Part shown: piece by piece, positions 7,745 to 17,361 of the stretch
Layout: every line of letters begins with the position of its first letter
Position numbering within the stretch: position 1 is the stretch's first letter
From: a virus
Length of the DNA stretch: 39,899 bases
Strand: one strand, 5' to 3'
UHGV virus genome: UHGV-0045955
The notes under the pieces: generated by a model
Told to the model about the DNA's origin: nothing
The model's database searches: none
Seen by the model: only the letters and a program-made list of their open reading frames with translations
Position numbers and translations under genes: made by a program

Positions 7745-7851
7745 GTTGACCTCCGATGATTGACTTTGGCGGTGACGCGCCGGGTGCTTATCTTCCGGTT
7801 GCCGTCGTGCAGCTGCACTTCACGTCACCCCAAAGCTAACTACTCTTTGGT

Positions 7852-7893
7852 TCCCGCATTTCGGCGGGACAATCCCATCAATGTTAAAGAGCC
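7852..7893 (-). promoter_or_regulatory. nutL (boxA GCTCTTTAACA plus boxB hairpin)
   Basis: Minus-strand boxA at 7882-7893, 12-nt spacer, boxB hairpin TCCCGC-CGAAAT-GCGGGA at 7852-7869; the same boxB recurs in nutR. Confidence 0.65.
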
Positions 7894-7934
7894 TGCCAAT
7901 CTGTTCCGTTTGGCTACCAGCGTCCTGCTGATGA

Positions 7935-7967
7935 CTTAAATTTAAGATTTCTTTAATTGGTGGTCAA
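7935..7967 (-). promoter_or_regulatory. PL promoter with overlapping repressor operator
   Basis: Minus-strand -35 TTGACC (7962-7967), 16-nt spacer, -10 TTAAAT (7940-7945); 18-bp dyad ATTAAAGAAATCTTAAAT at 7940-7957 resembles P22-type operator half-sites. Confidence 0.5.
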
Positions 7968-8033
7968 GAGTGTTTTTGAAGAAAACTTAAATTTTATTGC
8001 GAAGTTTAAGTTTTGCTTTGATTTTTAAAGGAA

Positions 8034-8057
8034 AGAAAAAAGGGGCGAATGCCCCTT
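8034..8057 (-). terminator. Rho-independent terminator downstream of c2
   Basis: Minus-strand hairpin AAGGGGC-ATTC-GCCCCTT followed by a T-rich run. Confidence 0.55.
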
Positions 8058-8065
8058 ATGGAAGG

Positions 8066-8167
8066 NNNNNNNNNNNNNNNNNNNNNNNNNNNNNNNNNNN
8101 NNNNNNNNNNNNNNNNNNNNNNNNNNNNNNNNNNNNNNNNNNNNNNNNNNNNNNNNNNNNNNNNNNN
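8066..8167. other. Run of N (assembly gap) flanked by an identical 14-nt sequence CCCCTTATGGAAGG
   Basis: N-run read directly; the flank duplication suggests two overlapping contig ends joined with N rather than missing biology. Confidence 0.95.
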
Positions 8168-8171
8168 CCCC

Positions 8172-8822
8172 TTATGGAAGGTTTGCTATTTTTGCATCGA
8201 CAACTACACCGATGATTTTGCAGTTCCCGTTGATCTCAATCATCGGATATTGTGGGTTAAGTGGTTTTAGAAACCTTCTGCCAGCATCAATAACTAACTT
8301 CTTGAAAGTTGCCTCGTTTTCTCCTTCGAGCTTTGCCACTACCAGCTTCCCATTACGAGGTTCTACTTCAGGATCGACTAGTATTATCATCCCTTCCGGG
8401 ATGCTAAGACCGGCTGGAGCCGTCATCGAATCACCCTTTACGTCCAGCCAAAACGAATCTTCTGAACAATCTACGGTTGTATCGTACCAGTTATCTATTG
8501 CACGCTTATGATATGGCTCTACAGCTTCCATCCAACATCCTGCGCTTACCCAACTAATTAGAGGATACGAACCTCTTGGATCATGCCTGCTGTGATAGGC
8601 AATGTTTGAAAGACTATCTTCTCCTTTCAACAAGTAATCAGGGGAGCACTGCAAAGCCTTGGCTAAGGCCAATAGGTTTTCGCCATTGGGCTCAGTTTCA
8701 GAACGCTCCCATTGGGAAATAGCAACATTAGACACGCCAACCATCTTGCCAAGGGCAGCCTGCCTAATCTTGAGTTCTTTTCTGCGAGCGCGAATACGCT
8801 CACCCATCAGTTGTGTATTCAT
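8172..8822 (-). CDS. c2: C2 repressor (lambda CI-type HTH plus S24 autopeptidase), P22 type
   Basis: 216-aa ORF, near-identical by recall to phage P22 C2 (MNTQLMGERIRARRK...). Confidence 0.95.
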   Translation of the reverse strand: MNTQLMGERIRARRKELKIRQAALGKMVGVSNVAISQWERSETEPNGENLLALAKALQCSPDYLLKGEDSLSNIAYHSRHDPRGSYPLISWVSAGCWMEAVEPYHKRAIDNWYDTTVDCSEDSFWLDVKGDSMTAPAGLSIPEGMIILVDPEVEPRNGKLVVAKLEGENEATFKKLVIDAGRRFLKPLNPQYPMIEINGNCKIIGVVVDAKIANLP

Positions 8823-8900
8823 AGTTAAGACATCTTAAATAAACTTGACTTAAGATTCCTTTGATAGATAATTTAAGTGTTCTTTAATTTCGGAGCGAGT
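8823..8900. promoter_or_regulatory. OR/PR/PRM region between c2 and cro
   Basis: Rightward -35 TTGACT (8845-8850), 16-nt spacer, -10 GATAAT (8867-8872); operator-like dyads AGTTAAGACATCTTAAAT (8823-8840) and ATTTAAGTGTTCTTTAAT (8871-8888). Confidence 0.7.
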
Positions 8901-8902
8901 CT

Positions 8903-9088
8903 ATGTACAAGAAAGATGTTATCGACCACTTCGGAACCCAGCGTGCGGTAGCTAAAGCGTTAGGCATTAGCGATGCAGCAGTCTCTCAGTGGAAGGAAGT
9001 CATCCCAGAGAAAGACGCCTATCGACTGGAAGTCGTTACAGCTGGCGCCCTGAAGTATCAAGAAAGTGCTTATCGCAAAGCGGCATAA
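8903..9088 (+). CDS. cro: Cro repressor, P22 type
   Basis: 61-aa ORF matching P22 Cro by recall (MYKKDVIDHFGTQRAVAKALGISDAAVSQWK). Confidence 0.9.
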   Translation: MYKKDVIDHFGTQRAVAKALGISDAAVSQWKEVIPEKDAYRLEVVTAGALKYQESAYRKAA

Positions 9089-9095
9089 GCAAATT

Positions 9096-9138
9096 GCTCT
9101 TTAACAGTCATGGTCCTCATTCCCGCCGAAATGCGGGA
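9096..9138 (+). promoter_or_regulatory. nutR (boxA GCTCTTTAACA plus boxB hairpin)
   Basis: boxA at 9096-9106; boxB TCCCGC-CGAAAT-GCGGGA at 9121-9138, identical to the nutL boxB. Confidence 0.65.
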
Positions 9139-9196
9139 ATACAACGCGCATCAGTTGGTGCGTATAACTTCTTATTTGTTAAGGAAATACTTACAT

Positions 9197-9475
9197 ATGC
9201 AACTTACAAGTACTCGCAAGAAAGCGAATGCAATTACAAGCAACATCCTAAATCGAATTGCTGTACGTGGTCAGCGAAAGGTTGCCGACGCGTTAGGGAT
9301 TAATGAATCGCAAATTTCGCGATGGAAAGACAGCTTTATCCCAAAGATGGCCATGCTTCTGGCTGTGCTGGAGTGGGGTGTTGAAGACGAGGAATTGGCG
9401 GAACTGGCAAAGAAAGTAGCCAAGGTGCTGACAAAAGAAAAGCCTCAAGACTGCTGCAACAGTTTTGAGGCCTGA
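9197..9475 (+). CDS. c1: C1 (lambda CII-like) transcriptional activator
   Basis: 92-aa ORF from ATG with AAGGAAA RBS; matches P22 C1 by recall (MQLTSTRKKANAITSNILNRIA...). Confidence 0.8.
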   Translation: MQLTSTRKKANAITSNILNRIAVRGQRKVADALGINESQISRWKDSFIPKMAMLLAVLEWGVEDEELAELAKKVAKVLTKEKPQDCCNSFEA

Positions 9476-9509
9476 TGTAGAAAGACTGGATCAATCCACA
9501 GGAGTAATT

Positions 9510-9671
9510 ATGACAAAACGTCGTAAGAAATACCAGGAAAAAGAAGAGATTCGACACCCTGATTCACCTGAGGGATTAGTGGTAGCCGCAGCAAATAACA
9601 GGGCGTTCGCAGAGCGCCTTGTTGGTGTTTACAGACTAGCCAAAGCAGGAGTGAAACATGGGCGTCGTTAA
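9510..9671 (+). CDS. Small hypothetical protein (53 aa)
   Basis: ATG preceded by AGGAG; overlaps the start of the replication initiator gene. Confidence 0.4.
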   Translation: MTKRRKKYQEKEEIRHPDSPEGLVVAAANNRAFAERLVGVYRLAKAGVKHGRR

Positions 9672-10583
9672 GTTAGCTGATTACAGGCCTCAACTTGAGG
9701 TCGTGGAGCATCGCGTGGCAGATACCGAAGATGGTTTCATGCGCGTTGCTAACGAGATTACCGACAGTCTGCTGATGGCTGATTTAACCGTCCGGCAGTT
9801 GAAGGTGATGCTCGCTATCATGCGCAAGACATACGGATTCAATAAGCCGATGGATCGACTCACAAACACGCAGATAGCAGCCATGACAGGTATTCATCAC
9901 ACTCATGTTTGCGCTGCCAAGCGCCAGCTTATTGAGCGTAAATTCCTCATTGCTGATGGCGTGAAAATCGGAGTGAACAAGGTGGTTTCGCAGTGGATTA
10001 GCCAGGACAGCTTAACATTAGCTAAAACAGCTAATAAAACATTAGCCAAGTCAGCTAATGGGTATAAGCCAAGTCAGCTAAACACAAAAGACAATATACA
10101 AAAGACAATAAATACAAATACCCCCTTACCCCCCCCCCCCCNNNNNNNNNNNNNNNNNNNNNNNNNNNNNNNNNNNNNNNNNNNNNNNNNNNNNNNNNNN
10201 NNNNNNNNNNNNNNNNNNNNNNNNNNNNNNNNNNNNNNNNNNNNNNNNNNNNNNNNNNNNTAAACCCTGAACGTCGCAAGGCAGAACGAATCGACTACGA
10301 ATCCTTCCTGAACGCCTACAACACCGAAGTCGGTGACAGACTTCCACACGCTGTTGCGGTCAACGAGAAACGCAAACGCCGCCTGAAAAAAATCATCCCG
10401 CAACTGAAAACGCCAAACGTGGACGGTTTCAGGGCGTATGTCAGGGCGTTTGTGCATCAGGCCAAGCCGTTTTACTTCGGAGACAACGACACGGGCTGGA
10501 CGGCTGATTTTGATTACCTGCTGAGAGAAGATTCGTTAACGGGAGTTCGTGAAGGGAAGTTTGCAGACAGGGGAATTGCATGA
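9658..10583 (+). CDS. Replication initiator (lambda O / P22 gene-18 type), interrupted by an N-run
   Basis: N-terminal HTH domain typical of the phage O N-terminal family; the C-terminal part resumes after the gap and ends with a TGA overlapping the helicase ATG. Confidence 0.75.
10019..10125. repeat. Iteron-like direct repeats inside the initiator gene (candidate ori)
   Basis: AGCCAAGTCAGCTAA twice (10044-10058, 10067-10081), ACAAAAGACAATA twice (10084-10096, 10098-10110), and several AGCTAA motifs. Confidence 0.5.
10142..10260. other. Run of N (assembly gap) inside the initiator gene, preceded by a poly-C run
   Basis: Read directly. Confidence 0.95.
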
Positions 10584-11956
10584 GACAGGATATCGAAGCG
10601 AGCGTTATCGGTGGCCTGCTGATTGGTGGATTAACTCCAACCGCCAGCGACGTTCTGGCAACGCTGGAGCCGGAAGCGTTTTCAATTCCGCTCTACAGGA
10701 AAGCCTTCGAGGTTATCCGCAAGCAGGCGAGAAACAGAAACCTAATCGATGCGCTGATGGTTGCCGAGGAGTGCGGAGAGGAGCATTTCACGTCAATCCT
10801 GATGACCAGCAAAAACTGCCCGAGTGCCGCAAACCTGAAGGGATATGCTGGAATGGTCGCGGATAACTATCACCGCCGTCTGGTGCTGGAAATCATGGAT
10901 GAAATGCGTGAACCAATTCAGAGCGGAACCATCGACGCATCGAGTCAGGCGATGGATGAACTTGTAAAGCGTCTTTCAGCTATCAGAAAGCCCCGTGACG
11001 AGGTTAAACCTGTACGGTTAGGGGAAATCATCACTGACTACACTGACACGCTTGACAGGCGTCTGAGGAACGGAGAAGAGTCAGATACCCTGAAGACCGG
11101 AATCGAAGAACTTGACGCAATCACCGGAGGGATGAACGCAGAAGACCTGGTGATTATCGCCGCTCGTCCTGGTATGGGGAAAACCGAACTGGCGCTGAAG
11201 ATTGCCGAAGGCGTTGCAAGTCGTGTTATTCCTGGTTCTGACGTCCGGCGCGGAGTATTGATTTTCTCAATGGAAATGAGCGCATTGCAGATTGCAGAGC
11301 GAAGTATTGCCAACGCCGGGAGGATGTCGGTTAGCGTGCTGCGAAATCCTGCATCGATGGATGACGAAGGCTGGGCGCGTGTTGCTAACGGCATGAGTCA
11401 GCTTGCAGATTTGGATGTATGGGTAGTCGATGCCTCGCGGTTATCGGTCGAAGAAATTCGCTCAATCGCAGAACGGCACAAACAGGAAAATCCAAACCTG
11501 TCACTCATCATGGCGGATTATCTTGGCCTGATTGAGAAGCCGAAAGCAGACCGCAACGACCTTGCAATTGCTCACATCTCCGGAAGCCTGAAGGCGATGG
11601 CGAAAGACCTGAAAACGCCTGTTATCTCCCTAAGCCAGCTTTCACGCGATGTTGAGAAGCGACCAAACAAACGCCCGACAAACGCAGATTTGCGTGATTC
11701 AGGAAGCATTGAGCAGGACGCAGACTCAATCATCATGCTCTATCGGGAAGCGGTATATGACGAGAACAGTAGCGCCGCGCCCTTTGCTGAAATCATTGTG
11801 ACGAAAAACCGTTTTGGCTCGCTTGGTACGGTTTACCAGCGGTTCTGCAACGGACACTTTGTTGCATGTGACCAGGATGAAGCCAGACAGATTTGCACAG
11901 CATCAAATGCACCTGCTGCGCGTGGCAGACGATATGCACAAGGGGCTGACGTATGA
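10580..11956 (+). CDS. DnaB-family replicative helicase (P22 gene-12 type)
   Basis: 458-aa ORF with Walker A (GMGKT) and RecA-like C-terminal domain; ATGA overlap with the initiator gene. Confidence 0.9.
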   Translation: MRQDIEASVIGGLLIGGLTPTASDVLATLEPEAFSIPLYRKAFEVIRKQARNRNLIDALMVAEECGEEHFTSILMTSKNCPSAANLKGYAGMVADNYHRRLVLEIMDEMREPIQSGTIDASSQAMDELVKRLSAIRKPRDEVKPVRLGEIITDYTDTLDRRLRNGEESDTLKTGIEELDAITGGMNAEDLVIIAARPGMGKTELALKIAEGVASRVIPGSDVRRGVLIFSMEMSALQIAERSIANAGRMSVSVLRNPASMDDEGWARVANGMSQLADLDVWVVDASRLSVEEIRSIAERHKQENPNLSLIMADYLGLIEKPKADRNDLAIAHISGSLKAMAKDLKTPVISLSQLSRDVEKRPNKRPTNADLRDSGSIEQDADSIIMLYREAVYDENSSAAPFAEIIVTKNRFGSLGTVYQRFCNGHFVACDQDEARQICTASNAPAARGRRYAQGADV

Positions 11957-12222
11957 ATAAAAAACAATTAGCCATTCTCGAAAAGGCATGGGATGCACAA
12001 ATATCATGCGCTTTGAAAGAACAGGCACTACCAATAATCCAGACCAAATCGAAAATAGCCAGGCAGTTATGCGATGACGGATTCCTGAACGAAGTTGAGA
12101 TTACGCATCAGATGGTAACGTTCAAAGGGTATGAGATAAATCATCATGGTATAGCGGCGTATTGCTCCCATCTTCCTGATGACGTTGACATTGATGAAAT
12201 GGAAAGGGAGATGAAGCAATGA
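11953..12222 (+). CDS. Hypothetical nin-region protein
   Basis: 89-aa ORF, ATGA-coupled to the helicase stop. Confidence 0.5.
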   Translation: MNKKQLAILEKAWDAQISCALKEQALPIIQTKSKIARQLCDDGFLNEVEITHQMVTFKGYEINHHGIAAYCSHLPDDVDIDEMEREMKQ

Positions 12223-12294
12223 CCATCTACATCACTGAGCTAATAACAGGTCTGCTGGTAATCGCAGGCCTTTTTATTTGGGGGAGAGGGAAGT

Positions 12295-12621
12295 GTGGCT
12301 GACTGGCAAATTCCAATCATCATTCTTGCCGGAGCTTCGCTGGTTGCTGGCTTTATCCTTCTGAAAAAGCATAAAGACCGTGATCAAAAAGTCGAAGTTC
12401 TCTATGGGTATCCAGCGAACAGCACAACATGGCTGACCATTTACCACTACCGAAAATCAGGCCGCTGGGTATTCGAATGGGATGATCTGTTCGCTGAAAA
12501 GCGACCAAAGTCATGGGGAGACATCAGCGAATGCGTGATGTTTGAAGAAAGAAAATCCGGCGCAACCCGAGAAGAGTTTAACGAAGCGTGGGCGCGATTA
12601 AGTGAGAGAGGGTATTTGTGA
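12295..12621 (+). CDS. Hypothetical protein with N-terminal transmembrane helix
   Basis: GTG start preceded by GGGGAGAGGGAAG; hydrophobic N-terminus IPIIILAGASLVAGFILL. Confidence 0.45.
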   Translation: MADWQIPIIILAGASLVAGFILLKKHKDRDQKVEVLYGYPANSTTWLTIYHYRKSGRWVFEWDDLFAEKRPKSWGDISECVMFEERKSGATREEFNEAWARLSERGYL

Positions 12622-12818
12622 GCAAGTACGAAAAATTAGATCAAAACATTCTTTCAATGCTGAGTGAAAGACCAACACCTGTTTTTGATATCTGGCTTAA
12701 ATGGCGGAGCAATGGAATGTATATCGAAACCATCGATCGCCGTATGCAATACCTGAGAAAGAAAGGGCTTGTTGCAAATGTGCGTGGGAAGGGTTGGGTG
12801 AAAATTAACCTGTCATAA
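12618..12818 (+). CDS. Small hypothetical protein
   Basis: 66-aa ORF (GTG start) overlapping the stop of the upstream gene. Confidence 0.4.
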   Translation: MSKYEKLDQNILSMLSERPTPVFDIWLKWRSNGMYIETIDRRMQYLRKKGLVANVRGKGWVKINLS

Positions 12819-12829
12819 CGGGGATTGAT

Positions 12830-13144
12830 ATGGACGAATCAAGAAAGAAGTTTGAGGAATACGTTGCCAAAAAATTGAGATTACCATTCGAGATGATAAC
12901 CGAGGCAAGAAATGGTGATAGGTACTTCGCATTTTCAAGCATGGATATTCGTCACTCCTTAAATGAGTGGTGGGCTTTATGGCAGGCATCGCGAGCAGCT
13001 ATTGAAATAACCGCGCCAAAGTTTATCGACAGCAGAGAAGCATTAGCCAAAGGGTTTACTGTTGATTATTCCAATGGCTTCGGTGATGCAATGGATGCTT
13101 ATGAGGAAAACATCCGCGCTGCCGGAGTCAAAGTGAAGGAGTAA
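12830..13144 (+). CDS. Hypothetical nin-region protein
   Basis: 104-aa ORF in the operon. Confidence 0.5.
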   Translation: MDESRKKFEEYVAKKLRLPFEMITEARNGDRYFAFSSMDIRHSLNEWWALWQASRAAIEITAPKFIDSREALAKGFTVDYSNGFGDAMDAYEENIRAAGVKVKE

Positions 13145-13146
13145 CG

Positions 13147-13557
13147 ATGAAGCAAACAATCTTCCTCCGAAGTAAGCAACAACAGCAAGCCGCAATAAAT
13201 GCCATCCTCTCAACTCCTCTCGATAAAGACAAGCCAGTCACCATCCGCATTACTGACTACAAGCGAAATCTTGACCAGAACGCAAAATTTCACGCGATGC
13301 TGGCGGATATCGCTCGTCAGGTTCAATGGTGCGATAAATGGTTAAAACCAGAACAATGGAAGGTTTTGTTGATCAGCGGTCATGCAGTGGCAACAAAACA
13401 GGAAGCTGATGTTTTGCCCGGCCTTGAAGGCGAATTCGTCAACATTCGGGAGAGTAGCGCACAGATGAGCGTGAAGCGTATGGCAAGTCTGATCGAGTAC
13501 ACAACAGCCTGGGCTATTGGTCAGGGTGTCAGATTTACCGACAGGAGGTATGAATGA
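13147..13557 (+). CDS. ninB: NinB (Orf-family recombination mediator)
   Basis: 136-aa ORF with motifs shared with lambda NinB (RSLDQN..., QWKVL...). Confidence 0.8.
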   Translation: MKQTIFLRSKQQQQAAINAILSTPLDKDKPVTIRITDYKRNLDQNAKFHAMLADIARQVQWCDKWLKPEQWKVLLISGHAVATKQEADVLPGLEGEFVNIRESSAQMSVKRMASLIEYTTAWAIGQGVRFTDRRYE

Positions 13558-13731
13558 GGCGACAGCGACGAAGTATCACCGACATAATCTGCGAAAACTG
13601 CAAATACCTTCCAACGAAACGCTCCAGAAATAAACGCAAGCCAATCCCAAAAGAATCTGACGTAAAAACCTTCAATTACACGGCTCACCTGTGGGATATC
13701 CGGTGGCTAAGACATCGTGCGAGGAAATGAC
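13555..13731 (+). CDS. ninE: NinE
   Basis: 58-aa [23 protein letters not shown]..., matching lambda NinE by recall; ATGA overlap with ninB. Confidence 0.7.
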
Positions 13732-14134
13732 AATGCTTTTAATTCAACCTGGATTTGGCCTTAGCATCAAAAAAGGGCACATGTTTGGCGAGAAAGAGTC
13801 TCAACGAAAAATGGTGTCTATCCAGTTGCCATTTATCAGTATTTATTGGCTAAACAGGGAGGCAACAAATTATTGGTATACATGCGCCAGAGCAGCATTT
13901 AACGACCCTGACTGGTTTGTGAAAAACCACCACGCAGTTCGTCAGGCAAAGAGAAAGGCCAATACGACATACATGAAGGCGTATCGAAAAGCATGGAAAG
14001 AACACCGCGATCGATACCAGCAAGACATGGAAAAGCTTGAATCAGAAAACATGGAATTAAGACGAAAGCTTGGTGAAGCAAAACGAGACATTGATGCTTA
14101 CAAGCGACTTTTTAATGGTGAAAGCCATGCTTAG
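13727..14134 (+). CDS. Hypothetical nin-region protein with coiled-coil C-terminus
   Basis: ATG overlaps the ninE stop; the longer ORF-track start is probably too far upstream. Confidence 0.45.
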   Translation: MTMLLIQPGFGLSIKKGHMFGEKESQRKMVSIQLPFISIYWLNREATNYWYTCARAAFNDPDWFVKNHHAVRQAKRKANTTYMKAYRKAWKEHRDRYQQDMEKLESENMELRRKLGEAKRDIDAYKRLFNGESHA

Positions 14135-14330
14135 TCCATCCCAATCTCTTCAATACCAGAAAGAAAGCGTCGAGCGGGCTTTAACGTGCGCTAACTGCGG
14201 TCAGAAGCTGCATGTGCTGGAAGTTCACGTGTGCTCCGATTGCTGCGCAGAACTGATGAGCGATCCGAATAGCTCAATGTACGAGGAAGAAGATGATGAA
14301 AACACTTTCCCATCCAGGAAAAAGGATTAA
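14127..14330 (+). CDS. ninF: NinF-like small Cys-rich protein
   Basis: Motif CANCGQKLHVLEVHVCSDCCAELMSDPNSSM resembles NinF. Confidence 0.55.
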   Translation: MLSPSQSLQYQKESVERALTCANCGQKLHVLEVHVCSDCCAELMSDPNSSMYEEEDDENTFPSRKKD

Positions 14331-14640
14331 CGATTTAATCGAAGCCAATTACCAGTTAAGACGCCAGCTAGTCATAACAAATCGACACCTTTCGACAGTT
14401 CAGCATCGTTACGACATGGCTTTGAAAGAATTATCCATAAAAAATTACGATGTTTCAGCAATACCGCCAATTCCAATGACAAAGCAGGTCCTCGAATGGA
14501 TAACGGAATACGGAGTTCCATGGGAGGTTTTGTATTGCCCTGAATGCAGGGAATGGTTTACCGAACTGGATAGCTCATTCCCATACCATATGGAATGTTG
14601 CAAATGCAAATGTGACGAAAAGGAAAATCACAATGGCTAA
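14293..14640 (+). CDS. Hypothetical protein with C-terminal Cys cluster (start uncertain)
   Basis: 115-aa ORF; CPECREW...HMECCKCKC. Confidence 0.4.
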   Translation: MMKTLSHPGKRINDLIEANYQLRRQLVITNRHLSTVQHRYDMALKELSIKNYDVSAIPPIPMTKQVLEWITEYGVPWEVLYCPECREWFTELDSSFPYHMECCKCKCDEKENHNG

Positions 14641-14923
14641 CCTACGCAAAGAAGCGCGCGGCAGAGAATGCCAGGTACGTATTTACGGCATATGCAATGG
14701 CAATCCTGAAACTACAGTTCTGGCACATTACCGGATGGCTGGAATTTGCGGAACTGGAATGAAGCCTGACGACCTGATCGGTGCATGGGCTTGTAGCGCG
14801 TGTCACGATGAAATCGACCGACGCACCCATAATCTCGACAACAAAGACGCCAGACTTTACCACCTCGAAGGCGTGATCAGGACGCAGGCGATACTGCTGA
14901 AGGAGGGGAAGATTAAGTCATGA
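14633..14923 (+). CDS. YbcO-like (DUF1364) putative nuclease
   Basis: Core RGRECQVRI...CNGNPETTVLAH...ACSACHDEIDRRTH resembles DLP12 YbcO; AGGAAA RBS. Confidence 0.7.
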   Translation: MANLRKEARGRECQVRIYGICNGNPETTVLAHYRMAGICGTGMKPDDLIGAWACSACHDEIDRRTHNLDNKDARLYHLEGVIRTQAILLKEGKIKS

Positions 14924-15282
14924 ACGAATATCAGTTTGTGCTTCCATATCCGCCGTCGCTGAACACCTACTGGCGAAGACGGGGAAGCCAATACTACATC
15001 AGCGATAAAGGCCAGAAATACCGAAAAGATGTACAGCAAATAATCCGCCAACTCAAGTTAGATATTTTCACCAAATCACGACTCCGCATCAAAGTCATCG
15101 CAGACGTTCCAGACTCCCGCCGCCGCGACCTCGATAACATCCTGAAAGGTTTACTCGACTCCCTTATCCACGCCGGATTTGCAGAAGACGACGAGCAATT
15201 CGATGACATTCGCGTAATTCGTGGCGTGAAAGTACCAGGCGGAAGGCTTGGAATAAAAATCACCGAACTGGAGAACGTATGA
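14920..15282 (+). CDS. rusA: RusA Holliday-junction resolvase
   Basis: 120-aa ORF with RusA signature (RRRDLDN...GGRL). Confidence 0.9.
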   Translation: MNEYQFVLPYPPSLNTYWRRRGSQYYISDKGQKYRKDVQQIIRQLKLDIFTKSRLRIKVIADVPDSRRRDLDNILKGLLDSLIHAGFAEDDEQFDDIRVIRGVKVPGGRLGIKITELENV

Positions 15283-15467
15283 ACGCCACAATTCAAACGA
15301 TACCAGAGCTTCTTATCCAGACACGAGGCAATCAGACCGAAGTGGCAAGGATGCTTTCCTGCGCAAGAGGAACAGTGCTCAAGTACAACCGAGACAGCAA
15401 AGGCGAGCGTCACGTAATAGTTAACGGCGTCCTGATGGTCACGCCAGGCAAAAAGGGAAGACGATGA
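15279..15467 (+). CDS. ninH: NinH-like small DNA-binding protein
   Basis: 62-aa ORF; GNQTEVARML.C.RGTV.KY resembles NinH. Confidence 0.65.
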   Translation: MNATIQTIPELLIQTRGNQTEVARMLSCARGTVLKYNRDSKGERHVIVNGVLMVTPGKKGRR

Positions 15468-16087
15468 GACTCGAAAGTGTAGCTAAATTTCATTCGCCAA
15501 AAAGCCCGATGATGAGCGACTCACCACGGGCTACGGCTTCTGACTCTCTTTCCGGTACTGATGTGATGGCTGCTATGGGGATGGCGCAATCACAAGCCGG
15601 ATTCGGAATGGCTGCATTCTGTGGTAAGCACGAACTCAGCCAGAGCGACAAACAAAAGGCTATCAACTATCTGATGCAATTTGCACACAAGGTATCGGGG
15701 AAATACCGTGGCGTTGCAAAGCTTGAAGGAAATACTAAGGCAAAGGTACTGCAAGTGCTCGCAACATTCGCTTATGCGGATTATTGCCGTAGTGCCGCGA
15801 CGCCGGGCGCAAGATGCAGAGATTGCCACGGTACAGGCCGTGCGGTTGATATAGCCAAAACAGAGCAATGGGGGAGAGTTGTTGAGAAAGAGTGCGGAAG
15901 ATGCAAAGGAGTCGGCTATTCCAGGATGCCAGCAAGCGCCGCATATCGCGCTGTAACGATGCTAATCCCAAACCTTACTCAACCCACCTGGTCACGCACT
16001 GTTAAGCCGCTGTATGACGCTCTGGTCGTGCAATGCCACAAGGAAGAGTCAATCGCAGACAACATTTTGAATGCGGTCACACGTTAA
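15464..16087 (+). CDS. Q: Late-gene antiterminator Q (lambda type)
   Basis: 207-aa ORF matching lambda Q by recall (MRLESVAKFHSPKSPMMSDSPRATASDSLSGTD...). Confidence 0.9.
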   Translation: MRLESVAKFHSPKSPMMSDSPRATASDSLSGTDVMAAMGMAQSQAGFGMAAFCGKHELSQSDKQKAINYLMQFAHKVSGKYRGVAKLEGNTKAKVLQVLATFAYADYCRSAATPGARCRDCHGTGRAVDIAKTEQWGRVVEKECGRCKGVGYSRMPASAAYRAVTMLIPNLTQPTWSRTVKPLYDALVVQCHKEESIADNILNAVTR

Positions 16088-16129
16088 CAGCATGATTGCC
16101 ACGGATGGCAACATATTAACGGCATAATA

Positions 16130-16158
16130 TTGACTATTTGAATAAAGTTGGGTAAATT
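16130..16158 (+). promoter_or_regulatory. Late promoter PR' with overlapping qut site
   Basis: -35 TTGACT (16130-16135), 17-nt spacer, -10 TAAATT (16153-16158); the surrounding sequence closely matches the lambda PR' region by recall. Confidence 0.7.
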
Positions 16159-16164
16159 TGACCC

Positions 16165-16358
16165 AACGATGGGTTAATTCGCTCGTTGTGGTAGTGAGAT
16201 GAAAAGAGGCGGCGCTTACTACCGATTCCGCCTAGTTGGTCACTTCGACGTATCGTCTGGAACTCCAACCATCGCAGGCTGAGAGGTCTGCAAAATGCAA
16301 TCCCGAAACAGTTCGCAGGTAATAGTTAGAGCCTGCATAACGGTTTCGGGATTTTTTA
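16165..16358 (+). ncRNA. Short PR'-to-tR' leader transcript (lambda 6S-RNA equivalent)
   Basis: Inferred from PR' and the tR' terminator about 190 nt downstream; the 5' end is approximate. Confidence 0.4.
16298..16358 (+). terminator. tR' Rho-independent terminator
   Basis: Long hairpin ATCCCGAAAC...GTTTCGGGAT followed by TTTTTT. Confidence 0.8.
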
Positions 16359-16648
16359 TATCTGTGCAACAGGTAAGAGCATTTGTAGAGTTCGACTCTC
16401 TACCGTGGGCTTTTTCCCGCGATGCGAGCCATAAATGCTCTTTCCGTTGTGCTGAATTAAGCGAATACCGGAAGCAGAACCGGATCAACAAATGCGTACA
16501 GGCGTCATCGCCGCCCAGCAACAGCACAACCCAAACTGAGCCGTAGCCACTGACTATCCTGAACTCATCAGCGATAGTTACGCTGCGGCCTTCTTTTCCC
16601 CTTCCCAATATAAGAACTACGCAATCCGTTACTGGCGGAGGCGTTGCT

Positions 16649-16864
16649 ATGAAATCAATGGACAAAATCTCAACTGGCATTGCTTACGGAACATCCGCTG
16701 GTAGTGCGGGATACTGGTTTTTGCAGTGGTTGGATCAGGTCAGTCCATCACAGTGGGCTGCGATTGGAGTGCTTGGAAGCCTTGTGTTGGGCTTTCTCAC
16801 CTATCTGACAAATCTGTACTTCAAAATCAGAGAAGACAGAAGAAAGGCTGCGAGAGGTGAATAA
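16649..16864 (+). CDS. S: Class II holin / pinholin (phage 21 S21 type) with dual-start motif
   Basis: 71-aa [31 protein letters not shown]..., two TMDs; GGAGG RBS. Confidence 0.9.
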   Translation: MKSMDKISTGIAYGTSAGSAGYWFLQWLDQVSPSQWAAIGVLGSLVLGFLTYLTNLYFKIREDRRKAARGE

Positions 16865-17361
16865 TGCCTCCATCATTACGAAAAGCCGTTGCTGCGGCTA
16901 TTGGTGGCGGGGCTATTGCTATAGCATCTGTGTTAATCACTGGCCCAAGTGGTAACGATGGTCTGGAAGGCGTCAGCTACATACCATATAAAGATATCGT
17001 TGGTGTATGGACTGTATGTCACGGACACACCGGAAAAGACATCATTCCCGGTAAAACGTATACCGAAGCAGAATGCAAAGCCCTCCTGAATAAAGACCTT
17101 GCCACGGTCGCCAGACAAATTAACCCGTACATCAAAGTCGATATACCGGAAACAACGCGCGGCGCTCTTTACTCGTTCGTCTACAACGTGGGCGCAGGCA
17201 ATTTCAGAACATCGACGCTTCTTCGCAAAATAAACCAGGGCGATATCAAAGGCGCATGTGACCAGCTACGTCGCTGGACATACGCTGGCGGTAAGCAATG
17301 GAAAGGGCTGATGACTCGTCGTGAGATTGAGCGTGAAGTCTGTTTGTGGGGGCAGCAATGA
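16864..17361 (+). CDS. R: SAR endolysin (lysozyme with N-terminal signal-anchor-release domain)
   Basis: 165-aa ORF; Gly/Ala-rich N-terminal SAR segment, T4-lysozyme-like catalytic region. Confidence 0.9.
   Translation: MPPSLRKAVAAAIGGGAIAIASVLITGPSGNDGLEGVSYIPYKDIVGVWTVCHGHTGKDIIPGKTYTEAECKALLNKDLATVARQINPYIKVDIPETTRGALYSFVYNVGAGNFRTSTLLRKINQGDIKGACDQLRRWTYAGGKQWKGLMTRREIEREVCLWGQQ

Noticed and set aside
7997-8270. Plus-strand ORFs 7997-8215 and 8049-8270 containing runs of X
   Set aside because: They read through the N-run and overlap the c2 3' end and terminator; artefacts of the gap.
9110-9196. N-terminal extension of the c1 ORF (start at 9110)
   Set aside because: The extension covers the nutR boxA/boxB; the ATG at 9197 has an RBS and gives the expected 92-aa product.
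10055-10457. Minus-strand ORFs 10055-10279, 10074-10457 and 10126-10347 spanning the second N-run
   Set aside because: They translate N as X and lie antisense to the initiator gene; not supportable.
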